Shown piece by piece: positions 18,733-27,110 of a stretch of 64,000 nucleotides of DNA. Under the pieces are notes generated by a model. The model searched no databases. It worked only from the letters and a program-made list of their open reading frames with translations, and was not told where the DNA came from. Made by a program: the position numbers and the translations under genes. Location: NCBI GenBank assembly GCA_029255845.1, contig JAJVLF010000013.1, positions 1,469 through 65,468 of the forward strand, written 5' to 3'. Source of the stretch: Campylobacterota bacterium (GTDB lineage Bacteria; Campylobacterota; Campylobacteria; Campylobacterales; JAJVLF01). The first letter of the stretch is position 1; every line of letters begins with the position of its first letter.

Positions 18733-18893
18733 GGGAACCTCTATTAATGCAAAATAAATAGCTAATATTATATTTTAGCCTTATAGCAATTTTTATAAAA
18801 TAGATGTAGCTACGGCTACACCGTATTTTATAAAAATCACTCTAAGACTAAAATCTAACATTATCTAAATTATTTGAATTAATAGAGGTTCCC
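18733..18893 (-). mobile_element. Foldback MITE family A, complete 161-bp copy
   Basis: Inverted relative to 18468-18628 and 104 bp away. The flanks TATA and TTTA are not identical. Confidence 0.85.
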
Positions 18894-19347
18894 TTTAATG
18901 ATAATTTATGCTTGGTGTCTATAAGAGTTTTTCTACTGTTAAATGGGAAAACAGTATGTTTGAGTAAGCTTTTTAGCTTTCCCTCTAAGAAGTCCCTCTC
19001 TAAAGTTAATTCACCTACTTTTTTAGCCATAGAGTCTTTATCTCTTTTTAGAACTTCTATTGTTTCTTTATATTCTCGGACTACTACACTTTTATCAAAT
19101 GCTAGGCTCATATTGTCTAAGAATTGTTTTTTCCAATCTCTTAGGCTTTTTGGTAATATTTCATACTTACTAGCTATCTCATTTAATGTTTGTTCACATT
19201 CTAAAACTTCTAATACTAGTTTAGATTTGAAATCTGCTGTGTACTTTTTTCTTTTTGTGCTCATTGTTTTTGTCTCCATTTTTTATGTTTTATTTTATCA
19301 TTTTGGAATAAGGAAATTCTTATTTTTGGTTACAATTATGAGGGACA
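18894..19347 (-). mobile_element. IS3-family insertion sequence remnant (left end + orfA only)
   Basis: OrfA HTH region MSTKRKKYTADFKSKLVLEVLECEQTLNEIASKYEILPKSLRDWKKQF...ERDFLEGKL. The minus-strand terminus begins TGTCCCTCATAATTG at 19347. Homology stops at MITE 18893. No orfB. Confidence 0.75.
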
Positions 19348-19352
19348 TTATA

Positions 19353-19432
19353 GGCTATACCGCATTTTATAAAAATCACTATAAGACGAAAATCTAACAT
19401 TATCTAAATTATTTGGATTAATAGAGGTTCCC
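19353..19432 (-). mobile_element. Half copy of MITE family A (from the central loop to the right terminus)
   Basis: GGCTATACCGCATTTTATAAAAATCACT...TTTGGATTAATAGAGGTTCCC. Breaks in the central hairpin, 5 bp from the IS3 terminus. Confidence 0.8.
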
Positions 19433-19447
19433 ATAAAAAGGATTAAT

Positions 19448-19951
19448 ATGTCATGTGATTTATGCAATAGCGAAGAGGAATTATCAGAATATGTGGTAGC
19501 CCCAAAAGAAGATACAATTACAATCTGCAAGCATTGTGCAAATAATATAAAAAATCCAAAAGAGAATGAAAATCATTGGAAATGCTTAAATGACAGTATG
19601 TGGAGCGATTCTCCCGCTGTGCAAGTAGTAGTATTTAGATTACTCTCTCACTTGGGTGAGCAAGATAAATTAGATATGATGTATTTAGAAGATGAAACAA
19701 AAGTATGGGCTAAAGAGGATTTAAGGACATCAAATAAAGAGCCTGTGAGAGATTCTAATGGCACAATTTTATCAGAGGGTGATTCTGTAAGTATCATTAA
19801 AGATTTACCTGTTAAAGGAGCAGGATTTACTGCCAAACAAGGAACCACAGTAAAAAATATCCGTATGGTGCCAGATGATAATACACATATTCAAGGTCGT
19901 GTAAATGGGACTATTATATTTATTGTTTCTGCATTTTTGAAAAAATTATAA
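19448..19951 (+). CDS. phnA: PhnA/YjdM-family zinc-ribbon protein
   Basis: N-terminal CDLC...CKHC zinc ribbon. C-terminal PhnA domain (DSNGTILSEGDSVSIIKDLPVKGAGFTAKQGTTVKNIRMV). Confidence 0.85.
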   Translation: MSCDLCNSEEELSEYVVAPKEDTITICKHCANNIKNPKENENHWKCLNDSMWSDSPAVQVVVFRLLSHLGEQDKLDMMYLEDETKVWAKEDLRTSNKEPVRDSNGTILSEGDSVSIIKDLPVKGAGFTAKQGTTVKNIRMVPDDNTHIQGRVNGTIIFIVSAFLKKL

Positions 19952-19963
19952 AACTTACTAAAA

Positions 19964-20021
19964 GAGACCAATGCAAATTAGAATCACCCTATCTTATGCA
20001 CTTCTAATTTGCATTGGTCTC
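19964..20021 (-). mobile_element. MITE family C, 58-bp internal-deletion derivative
   Basis: Both termini plus TCACCCTATCTTATGCAC from the right interior. Direct TAAAA flanks (19959-19963 and 20022-20026). The SNF2 stop codon (20021-20023) spans its edge. Confidence 0.85.
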
Positions 20022-23000
20022 TAAAACAACAATTTCATCAATTCTTTCCCCGTAATTTTTTCACTAGAGTCCCCTTTATATATCCCCTCTTGTAAAGATA
20101 GTTTTTTCTTTTGTAATTCTAATATCTTCTCTTCTATACTATTTTCTACAATAAGCTTATAAACAAATACTGCCTTATTTTGTCCTATTCTATGAGCTCT
20201 ATCTGTAGCTTGATTTTCTACAGCAGGGTTCCACCATGGGTCGTAGTGGATGACTGTGTCGGCTTGGGTTAGGTTTAGTCCCACTCCTCCTGCTTTTAGG
20301 CTTATTAAGAATATTTGGACATCTCCATTGGTGAATTTATTAATTACCTCTTCTCTTTTTCTTGTTGAACCTGTTAGCTTTGTGTAGCTGATATTTTTAT
20401 TTATTAATTCTTTTTCTATTATTGATAGCATTGAAGTGAATTGTGAAAATACTAATATTTTTTTATCTTCTTGTAATAGCTCATCTATTAAATCTAAGAA
20501 TAATGCTAATTTAGCAGATTCATTGACTTTTTTTGCTTCAGATATTTTTACTAATTTAGGATCACAGCATACTTGTCTTAGCTTTAATAAGGCATCTAAT
20601 ATGGTTATATGAGATTTTGCTAAGCCTTTAGTTTTGACTATGTCTCTAACTTTCTTTTCCATAGTAATTCTTATGCTCTCATATAATTTTGCTTGTTTTT
20701 TATCAAATTGAGTGTATTTTATTATCTCTGATTTTGCTGGTAGCTCTAATAAGACATCTTCTTTTTTTCTTCTAATCATAAATGGCTTTATTTTAGCATT
20801 TAGCATTTCTTGTTTTTTAATATTGCCTTCTTTTTCTATTGGGTTTTGATATAACTCCTTAAATCCTTTTAAGCTTTTTAGAAATCCTGGCATTAAAAAG
20901 CTAAATATAGACCAAAGCTCTCCTAGGTGATTTTCGATAGGTGTGCCACTAAGAGCTAATTTATGTTCACTTTTAATAGTCTTAATAGATTGGGACATTT
21001 TAGTTTGTGGGTTTTTAATTTTCTGAGCTTCATCTAAAATAATATAACTAAATTTATGCTCATTAAATCTATCTATATCTCGCACTACCAAAGAATAAGA
21101 AGTAATAATTAAATCATTTTTATTAATTTTATCAAACTCTTTAAACCGTTCTAATCCCCCATATAAAGATAGAACTTTGAGTTTAGGAGTAAATTTAGCT
21201 ATTTCATTTTTCCAATTAGCCACCAAAGAAGTAGGCACTACAATTAAGCTAGGTTTTTTTAATAGCTTTTGCTCTTTTAATCGCAATAAATGTGCTAAAA
21301 CTTGGACTGTCTTACCTAGTCCCATATCATCTGCTAAAATACCAGAAAATCTAAACTCATATAAAAAATTAAGCCAATTAATTCCTTCTTTTTGATAATC
21401 TCTTAAAGTTAGTTGCAAATTCTTTGGAGGCTCTATTTTCTCAATTTTTTCAAAATCATTCAGTTTTTTAGAAAGCTCTAAAATCTCCTTAGAGCCTTTC
21501 CATACAATACTATCATCGATATTTCCTAAAAGATGAGACTCAAAAGAAGATACTCTTATTTCCCCACTATCGTTTTTATCATCATAAAGCTCAAAGATAA
21601 TATTTAAAATAGGCCTTAATGAGCTTGATTTAATCCTAGCAAAGTGATTAGGTTTAACCTCGACATTTACATACTCTTCTAATTCATCAAAATCATCATA
21701 CTCTTGTAAAAGATTACTAATTAATGGAGCTAAAGACACACTTTGACCTGCGAAATCTATATTAAAAGACAAAGAAAACCAATCATTACTATCTTCACTT
21801 TCAACAACCACAAGAGCATCATCTTCAAATGTTAAATTAAAACTATCATCAAAAATTACATCAAAACCATCTAGCTTTAATTTGTCCAAGCCATCTTCTA
21901 AAAACTTATGCCAAAAATCTAATTGTTTTTGTTTATTAGAAATATTGCCTAAATGAAAATATAAATATGTAGCTTCTTTAGCGGAACTAAAGCCTAAATC
22001 TTCTAGTTTATTTTTAGCTTTATTTTCAAATTCTAAATCTCTAATAATTTCAATTTGTTGATTATCTTCAAAAATAATAGTTTTATCATTTTGAGGGTAG
22101 TAATTACTAAGCACATTTTTATATACAAAATCTAATTGAATTATATTTCTATTCATTTTATTTGATAACATTAAAGACGGTATAGGCTTTTGTTTGATAC
22201 TTGAAACTTCAAATCCTAAAGGAGGAGATATATCAATAGCATCTAATTTTCCTAAAAGAGCTTGATACATTTTAGACATTTGATAAGTCTCTATTTCAGG
22301 TGTATTTGTGAGTTTGCGGAGCATGTCTTCATTAATATTACTATTTATTTTATGGACTTCCTTTTTCTTTGGATTGATGATAAATAATGGTTTTGTAAGC
22401 ACGATATGAGATGTTTTATCAATATCCATTTGTATTTGATATTTGTTTACTGTAGTAGATTTCCATGATAATTTAATATTTTGTAATTCTTGTGAATATG
22501 TAAGGGGGCTTTGATTATTTTTATAAAAAGCACGATTTGTTTCAAGTATAGCCATTAAGATATTAGCACCGAGCTTACCTTCTAATTTAATTTCATTAGC
22601 ATAACGAGCATAAACATATAGAGGGTTGCTGTAAGCAACTTTAAGCATATCAAGTATTTCTAAATCTTCTTCGTTTAATATATCACTATAAGAATTATGA
22701 TGTAATAATCTATCCATAGATACTTTCTTGCCGTGAGAGATTTCTCCATTTTGAAGAAAAGAAACTCTATAGCATTTGACATCACTATATGCATGGCTAT
22801 CTTTATTGTATAAGCGATAAATCATCATAGAATTACTTGATACATTTTTCACATTATCATTTTCAAATTCATTAATCCAAGAATCAAATGAGTTTTCATC
22901 ATATACAACCATAGCATTCTTAGAACTATTCGCATAAAGCAAACAAGAAGCTACAACATGCTTGCAATTATGCTTTATAGGACAGCTACAAACCCCAATA

Positions 23001-23212
23001 ATAATTACTCTATCATTAAATTGCACAATAGAAATATCTTGCTCATACATAAAGCTACCTTGCACATTACTTTTTATTTTCACACTAATATCCGAACCTT
23101 CTTCTATATCGAATATATCGATATTAGCACTATCATTATAATACCTAAGTCCTCTTGCGTAATAGTTTTTATTTTTAATTGCATTTTTAATCTGTGTATT
23201 ATTTAGGGTCAT
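20021..23212 (-). CDS. SWIM zinc-finger + SNF2-family helicase/ATPase
   Basis: 1063 aa. SWIM CSCPIKHNCKHV near the N-terminus. SNF2 motifs DDMGLGKT, DEAQKIKN and QATDRAHRIGQ. Confidence 0.9.
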   Translation of the reverse strand: MTLNNTQIKNAIKNKNYYARGLRYYNDSANIDIFDIEEGSDISVKIKSNVQGSFMYEQDISIVQFNDRVIIIGVCSCPIKHNCKHVVASCLLYANSSKNAMVVYDENSFDSWINEFENDNVKNVSSNSMMIYRLYNKDSHAYSDVKCYRVSFLQNGEISHGKKVSMDRLLHHNSYSDILNEEDLEILDMLKVAYSNPLYVYARYANEIKLEGKLGANILMAILETNRAFYKNNQSPLTYSQELQNIKLSWKSTTVNKYQIQMDIDKTSHIVLTKPLFIINPKKKEVHKINSNINEDMLRKLTNTPEIETYQMSKMYQALLGKLDAIDISPPLGFEVSSIKQKPIPSLMLSNKMNRNIIQLDFVYKNVLSNYYPQNDKTIIFEDNQQIEIIRDLEFENKAKNKLEDLGFSSAKEATYLYFHLGNISNKQKQLDFWHKFLEDGLDKLKLDGFDVIFDDSFNLTFEDDALVVVESEDSNDWFSLSFNIDFAGQSVSLAPLISNLLQEYDDFDELEEYVNVEVKPNHFARIKSSSLRPILNIIFELYDDKNDSGEIRVSSFESHLLGNIDDSIVWKGSKEILELSKKLNDFEKIEKIEPPKNLQLTLRDYQKEGINWLNFLYEFRFSGILADDMGLGKTVQVLAHLLRLKEQKLLKKPSLIVVPTSLVANWKNEIAKFTPKLKVLSLYGGLERFKEFDKINKNDLIITSYSLVVRDIDRFNEHKFSYIILDEAQKIKNPQTKMSQSIKTIKSEHKLALSGTPIENHLGELWSIFSFLMPGFLKSLKGFKELYQNPIEKEGNIKKQEMLNAKIKPFMIRRKKEDVLLELPAKSEIIKYTQFDKKQAKLYESIRITMEKKVRDIVKTKGLAKSHITILDALLKLRQVCCDPKLVKISEAKKVNESAKLALFLDLIDELLQEDKKILVFSQFTSMLSIIEKELINKNISYTKLTGSTRKREEVINKFTNGDVQIFLISLKAGGVGLNLTQADTVIHYDPWWNPAVENQATDRAHRIGQNKAVFVYKLIVENSIEEKILELQKKKLSLQEGIYKGDSSEKITGKELMKLLF

Positions 23213-23382
23213 TTTTTTCTTTCATTAATTTAGCTATTTCAATGCTTCTTTGCTCTAATCCTTGCTCCATCCCATTGCCTTCCCATCTTCTTTAGTTTTT
23301 CTCAAAGCTAATTTCTCAATAGAAATAAACTCAACTCTTTTATGTTGTTGATATATTTGTATATCTGATTTTAGCCCTACTA

Positions 23383-23544
23383 GAGACCAATGCAAATTAG
23401 AACCACCTAATCTAGGGAGCTATAAGACATCATAAAGCAATTTTTTTGTTAAAAACATAGCTTTTGCTATGATTTGAACAAAAAAATCACTTTCTAATAT
23501 CTTCTATCACCCTATCTTAGGCACTTCTAATTTGCATTGGTCTC
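23383..23544 (-). mobile_element. MITE family C, full-length 162-bp copy
   Basis: GAGACCAATGCAAATTAGAA...TTCTAATTTGCATTGGTCTC. Direct TACTA flanks (23378-23382 and 23545-23549). 170 bp upstream of the SNF2 start. Confidence 0.9.
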
Positions 23545-23575
23545 TACTAAAATTCTTGAATCAAACTTTGACATA

Positions 23576-23722
23576 TTATCTATAATGCTTTTTAGCCCAC
23601 TTAATCTTGTAACCAATAAGAAAATCTAAATGGCTTATATTGTTATCTTCTTGTAGATTACGGTTTATTTTTTCAGATAATGTATTTCTATTATTTTGAT
23701 TTGTGAAAAATTTTGAATTCAT
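23576..23722 (-). pseudogene. Possible N-terminal fragment of a nuclease/helicase-type gene
   Basis: MNSKFFTNQNNRNTLSEKINRNLQEDNNISHLDFLIGY... resembles, from memory, the FFTN...(L/V)(V/I)GYF start of PLD-helicase fusion proteins. Stops after 48 codons. Confidence 0.25.
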
Positions 23723-23764
23723 ATTGTTTTTTTGTTTCTTTTTAGGCGCAATTATATCATTATA

Positions 23765-23840
23765 AAATTTAGTTTTAGAGTTATATAATATCACTTTTAA
23801 TTCAATCCTAATTAAATTATTTGTATTATTAGAGGCTCCC
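23765..23840. repeat. Degenerate/rearranged remnant of MITE family A/B
   Basis: ...CTAATTAAATTATTTGTATTATTAGAGGCTCCC followed by TTAAG. Explains the N-terminal part of track ORF 23576-23905. Confidence 0.45.
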
Positions 23841-24057
23841 TTAAGAAAAAGAAAGTAAAATACCCACATTAGTAAAATTATCAAATCGGCTCTCATTAAA
23901 TACATAATTTAAGGGATTGGCTTTGGTGATTTAATAATAGATTTATTATTAATTAGAAATTTGTAGAATTATTTATTTTTTAGATGAATATAGTCATTAT
24001 TTATATAATATGATGGTTATTACAGTAGAGGTGTGCAAATAAAATACATCTCATCTT

Positions 24058-25908
24058 ATGTATATATTCAAGTTTTTAAAATCTTTCTTAATTAAATTAC
24101 ACAAAAAAATTAAAATAAATAGGAAAACTATGCAACCAAAAGACTATAGAAAAATAGATTTAGAGCTTACAGCAAAGCTTAAGCAATTCGTAGAAGATAA
24201 TAATAAGATACATATTGATAGATTAAACCCTCATTATAAACTTGATTTAGAAACTGACAAAAAAGTAAGGATTATTCCTCTTGGTGGATTAGGTGAGATT
24301 GGTGGGAATATTACTGTTTTTGAAACTGATGATCAAGCTATTGTAGTAGATGTAGGGATGAGCTTTCCTGATGAGACTATGCCTGGTGTGGATATATTAA
24401 TACCTGATTTTTCTTATATTAGAAGTATTAAAGATAAGATTATTGCTGTTGTTATTACTCATGCTCATGAGGATCATATAGGTGCTATGCCTTTTCTTTA
24501 TAAAGAAATGCAATTTCCTGTATATGGGACTTCTTTAGCTCTTCAGATGATAGCTAGTAAATTTCACGAGCATAGGCTACAGCAACATTATCATCTTTTA
24601 AATCCTATAAAAAAAAGAGAAATAGTTAAAATAGGACCATTTGATATAGAATGGATGCATATCACACATTCTATTATTGATTGCTCATCTCTTGCTATTA
24701 CTACCCAAGCAGGGACTATCATACATACTGGGGATTTTAAGATTGACCATACTCCTATTGATGCTTTTCCTACTGATATACATAGATTTGCTCATTATGG
24801 GGAAAAAGGGCTTATGCTTTTAATGAGTGATAGCACGAACTCTTATAATGCTCTTCCTACAAAAAGTGAAATGGTTGTTGGTAAGACATTTGATAAGATT
24901 TTTGCTGAATCTAAAGGAAGAATTATTATGTCAACTTTTTCTTCAAATACTCATAGAATTTACCAAGCGATACAAAGAGCCATCACTTATAAAAGAAAGC
25001 TTTGTGTAATTGGAAGATCAATGGAGAAAAACTTAGATATAGCTATGAAATTAGGATATGTAAAGGTTCCTCAATCAATGATAATAAAAGCAGATGAGCT
25101 TGATAAGTATGCAGATAATGAGCTATTAGTAGTAACTACAGGTTCTCAAGGAGAGCCTATGAGTGCATTATTTAGAATGGCTACTGATGAGCATAGACAA
25201 ATCAAATTAAAACCAACTGATGAAGTGGTAATCTCTGCTAAAGCGATACCTGGAAATGAGGCTAGTGTATCTTCTGTAATTAATCATATATTAAAAGCGG
25301 GTGCTAGAGTGATTTATCAAGATTATGCGGATATTCATGTGAGTGGTCATGCTTCTGCTGAAGAGCAAAAATTAATGCTTAGATTATGTAAGCCTAAATT
25401 TTTTATGCCAATTCATGGTGAGTATAATCATATCACAAGACATAAGAAAACAGGTATAGAATGTGGGGTATTAGAGAAAAATACTTATCTTATGACTGAT
25501 GGAGAAATTATAGAAGTTTGTCCTAAATACATTAAAAAAGTAGGCACAGTTCGTTCAGGAAAGTCATTTGTTAATAATAATACAAATACTATAATTGATT
25601 CAAATGTAGTGAATGATAGAAGCTCTATCGCTGATAATGGGATAATGGGAATTTCTATTGTGCTTGATAAAAACTCTCTAAAAATGCTTTCAAGAGTTAA
25701 AATAAACTCAAGAGGTGTTATTAATAATACAGATTTTAGAGCTATAAGTGGAGAAATTGAATTTGTAGTTAAAAATACTCTAAATGGCAAGAAAGATGGC
25801 AAAAACTCCAAATCTTTAGAGCAAGAATTGAGACAAGTTATTAAAAGAATTATCGTTAAAAAGTATAAGAAATACCCTATTATCGATATTTCAGTGTTTT
25901 ATGTTTAA
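24058..25908 (+). CDS. rnj: Ribonuclease J
   Basis: Metallo-beta-lactamase HAHEDHIG plus beta-CASP region. Likely start is ATG 24130 (MQPKDYRK) after AGGAAAA. Confidence 0.9.
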   Translation: MYIFKFLKSFLIKLHKKIKINRKTMQPKDYRKIDLELTAKLKQFVEDNNKIHIDRLNPHYKLDLETDKKVRIIPLGGLGEIGGNITVFETDDQAIVVDVGMSFPDETMPGVDILIPDFSYIRSIKDKIIAVVITHAHEDHIGAMPFLYKEMQFPVYGTSLALQMIASKFHEHRLQQHYHLLNPIKKREIVKIGPFDIEWMHITHSIIDCSSLAITTQAGTIIHTGDFKIDHTPIDAFPTDIHRFAHYGEKGLMLLMSDSTNSYNALPTKSEMVVGKTFDKIFAESKGRIIMSTFSSNTHRIYQAIQRAITYKRKLCVIGRSMEKNLDIAMKLGYVKVPQSMIIKADELDKYADNELLVVTTGSQGEPMSALFRMATDEHRQIKLKPTDEVVISAKAIPGNEASVSSVINHILKAGARVIYQDYADIHVSGHASAEEQKLMLRLCKPKFFMPIHGEYNHITRHKKTGIECGVLEKNTYLMTDGEIIEVCPKYIKKVGTVRSGKSFVNNNTNTIIDSNVVNDRSSIADNGIMGISIVLDKNSLKMLSRVKINSRGVINNTDFRAISGEIEFVVKNTLNGKKDGKNSKSLEQELRQVIKRIIVKKYKKYPIIDISVFYV

Positions 25909-26018
25909 TAAAACTTTAATGTTCCTTTAAGCCTAGATTAATTTAATTGCTATACCATTACATCGGAATAAAAATTTTTAATTATTCCGAGATTAAAAAA
26001 AAGAAAAGGTTTTATTGT

Positions 26019-26471
26019 ATGAAGAAGATTTTATTTTCGTTAAGTTTGATGGTTGCTACTGCAACTGCTGTTTTAGGTGCTGACTGGAGTTTTAATGGTA
26101 TGTTTAAAGACATGAAAGATACTGTTACTGATGTAAGTGATGATATGAGAGATAGCACTAAGTCTATTTCTAAAGATTCAACTGAGCATTCTAAAAGTGC
26201 TGAAAGAACAACTTCAAATGTTTCTAGAGATTTAAAAGATAGCGAAATAGCTACTTCAAAAGATGCTAGATTAACTGGAACTAATATGAGTGATAATGCT
26301 AGAATTTCACTAATTCAGTTAAGTAAAGATGCTAGAGTTGCATTAGAAAAAACTGTTAAAGATGCTTTAGAAGCTTCAAAAACAGCTTCTGGTGATGCAA
26401 AAGATACATTTATCAAAATAGCTCAAGAAGCTCAAGATGCGATAAATGATATTGATGATAAAGTAAAATAA
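26019..26471 (+). CDS. Small secreted D/K/S-rich protein, paralog 1
   Basis: Signal peptide MKKILFSLSLMVATATAVLGADW. Collinear with 27111-27566 over the whole length. The track start 25947 is probably too far upstream. Confidence 0.7.
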   Translation: MKKILFSLSLMVATATAVLGADWSFNGMFKDMKDTVTDVSDDMRDSTKSISKDSTEHSKSAERTTSNVSRDLKDSEIATSKDARLTGTNMSDNARISLIQLSKDARVALEKTVKDALEASKTASGDAKDTFIKIAQEAQDAINDIDDKVK

Positions 26472-26497
26472 CTTTTTCATTTTTATGTATACGATAG

Positions 26498-26521
26498 CAA
26501 ACTACATTTATTTGTAGTTTG
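26498..26521 (+). terminator. Hairpin 3' of paralog 1
   Basis: CAAACTACA-TTTATT-TGTAGTTTG (9-bp stem). No clear U-tract. Confidence 0.35.
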
Positions 26522-26652
26522 TGTCGATATACGATGATGCATTCAATTTCTAATCTCGAATAATCCACAAAAATTAACAATAAATAAAATCATTGTCATT
26601 ATAATGACAATGACTTTATCGTAAACTCTCTACTTTTATCAAATACACTAAA

Positions 26653-26981
26653 GGGAACCTCTAAAAATACAAAATAAATAGATAATATCATATTTTCACT
26701 TTATGAGACCAATGCAAATTAGAACCACCTAATCTAGGTAGCTACAAGACATCATAAAGCAATTATTTTGTTAAAAACATAGCTTTTGCTATGATTTGAA
26801 CAAAATAATCACTTCCTAATGCCTTCTATCGACCTATCTTAGGCACTTCTAATTTGCATTGGTCTCTTTATGATAATTTAAAAATATTAGGTGTAGATAC
26901 GGCTACACCGTAATATTTTAAAATCACCATAAAGCAAAAATCTGACACTATCTAAATTATTTGTATTTTTTAGAGGTTCCC
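26653..26981 (-). mobile_element. MITE family B copy carrying a nested family C MITE
   Basis: Direct TAAA flanks (26649-26652 and 26982-26985). Collinear with 17488-17648 except for the 162-bp insert plus a 5-bp duplication. Confidence 0.9.
26705..26866 (-). mobile_element. MITE family C, full-length copy nested in family B
   Basis: Direct TTTAT flanks (26700-26704 and 26867-26871). The uninterrupted target CACTTTATGATAATTT is present in copy 17488-17648. Confidence 0.9.
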
Positions 26982-27110
26982 TAAAAAATAAACACTTAAT
27001 AGTGTTAACTTTAAATCTCAATATAAGCTCAAATTAACTTTACTTCATTATAATCTCAAACGAAATAATAATTTATAATTATTTCTAAATTTAAAAAAGG
27101 TTTTATTAAT

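Noticed and set aside
16267-19432. The repeated palindromic elements as a possible CRISPR array.
   Set aside because: The units are 161 bp foldbacks, not 25-40 bp repeats. Spacing is irregular, orientations alternate, each unit has its own target-site duplication, and no cas genes are present.
18912-19530. Track ORFs 18912-19397 (+), 19348-19530 (-) and the N-terminal two-thirds of 23576-23905 (-).
   Set aside because: They are translations of MITE arms or the antisense of the IS3 remnant. The recurring peptide ...GTSIN(S/P)NNLDNVRF is simply the family A arm read in one frame.
23213-23382. Short frames upstream of the SNF2 start (...IEKLALRKTKEDGKA / NGMEQGLEQRSIEIAKLMKEKK) resembling the repetitive C-terminus of Rpn/YhgA-like nucleases.
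   Set aside because: The pieces are about 20 aa each, frameshifted, and the similarity is low-complexity E/K/G repeats recalled from memory. That is not enough to call a pseudogene.
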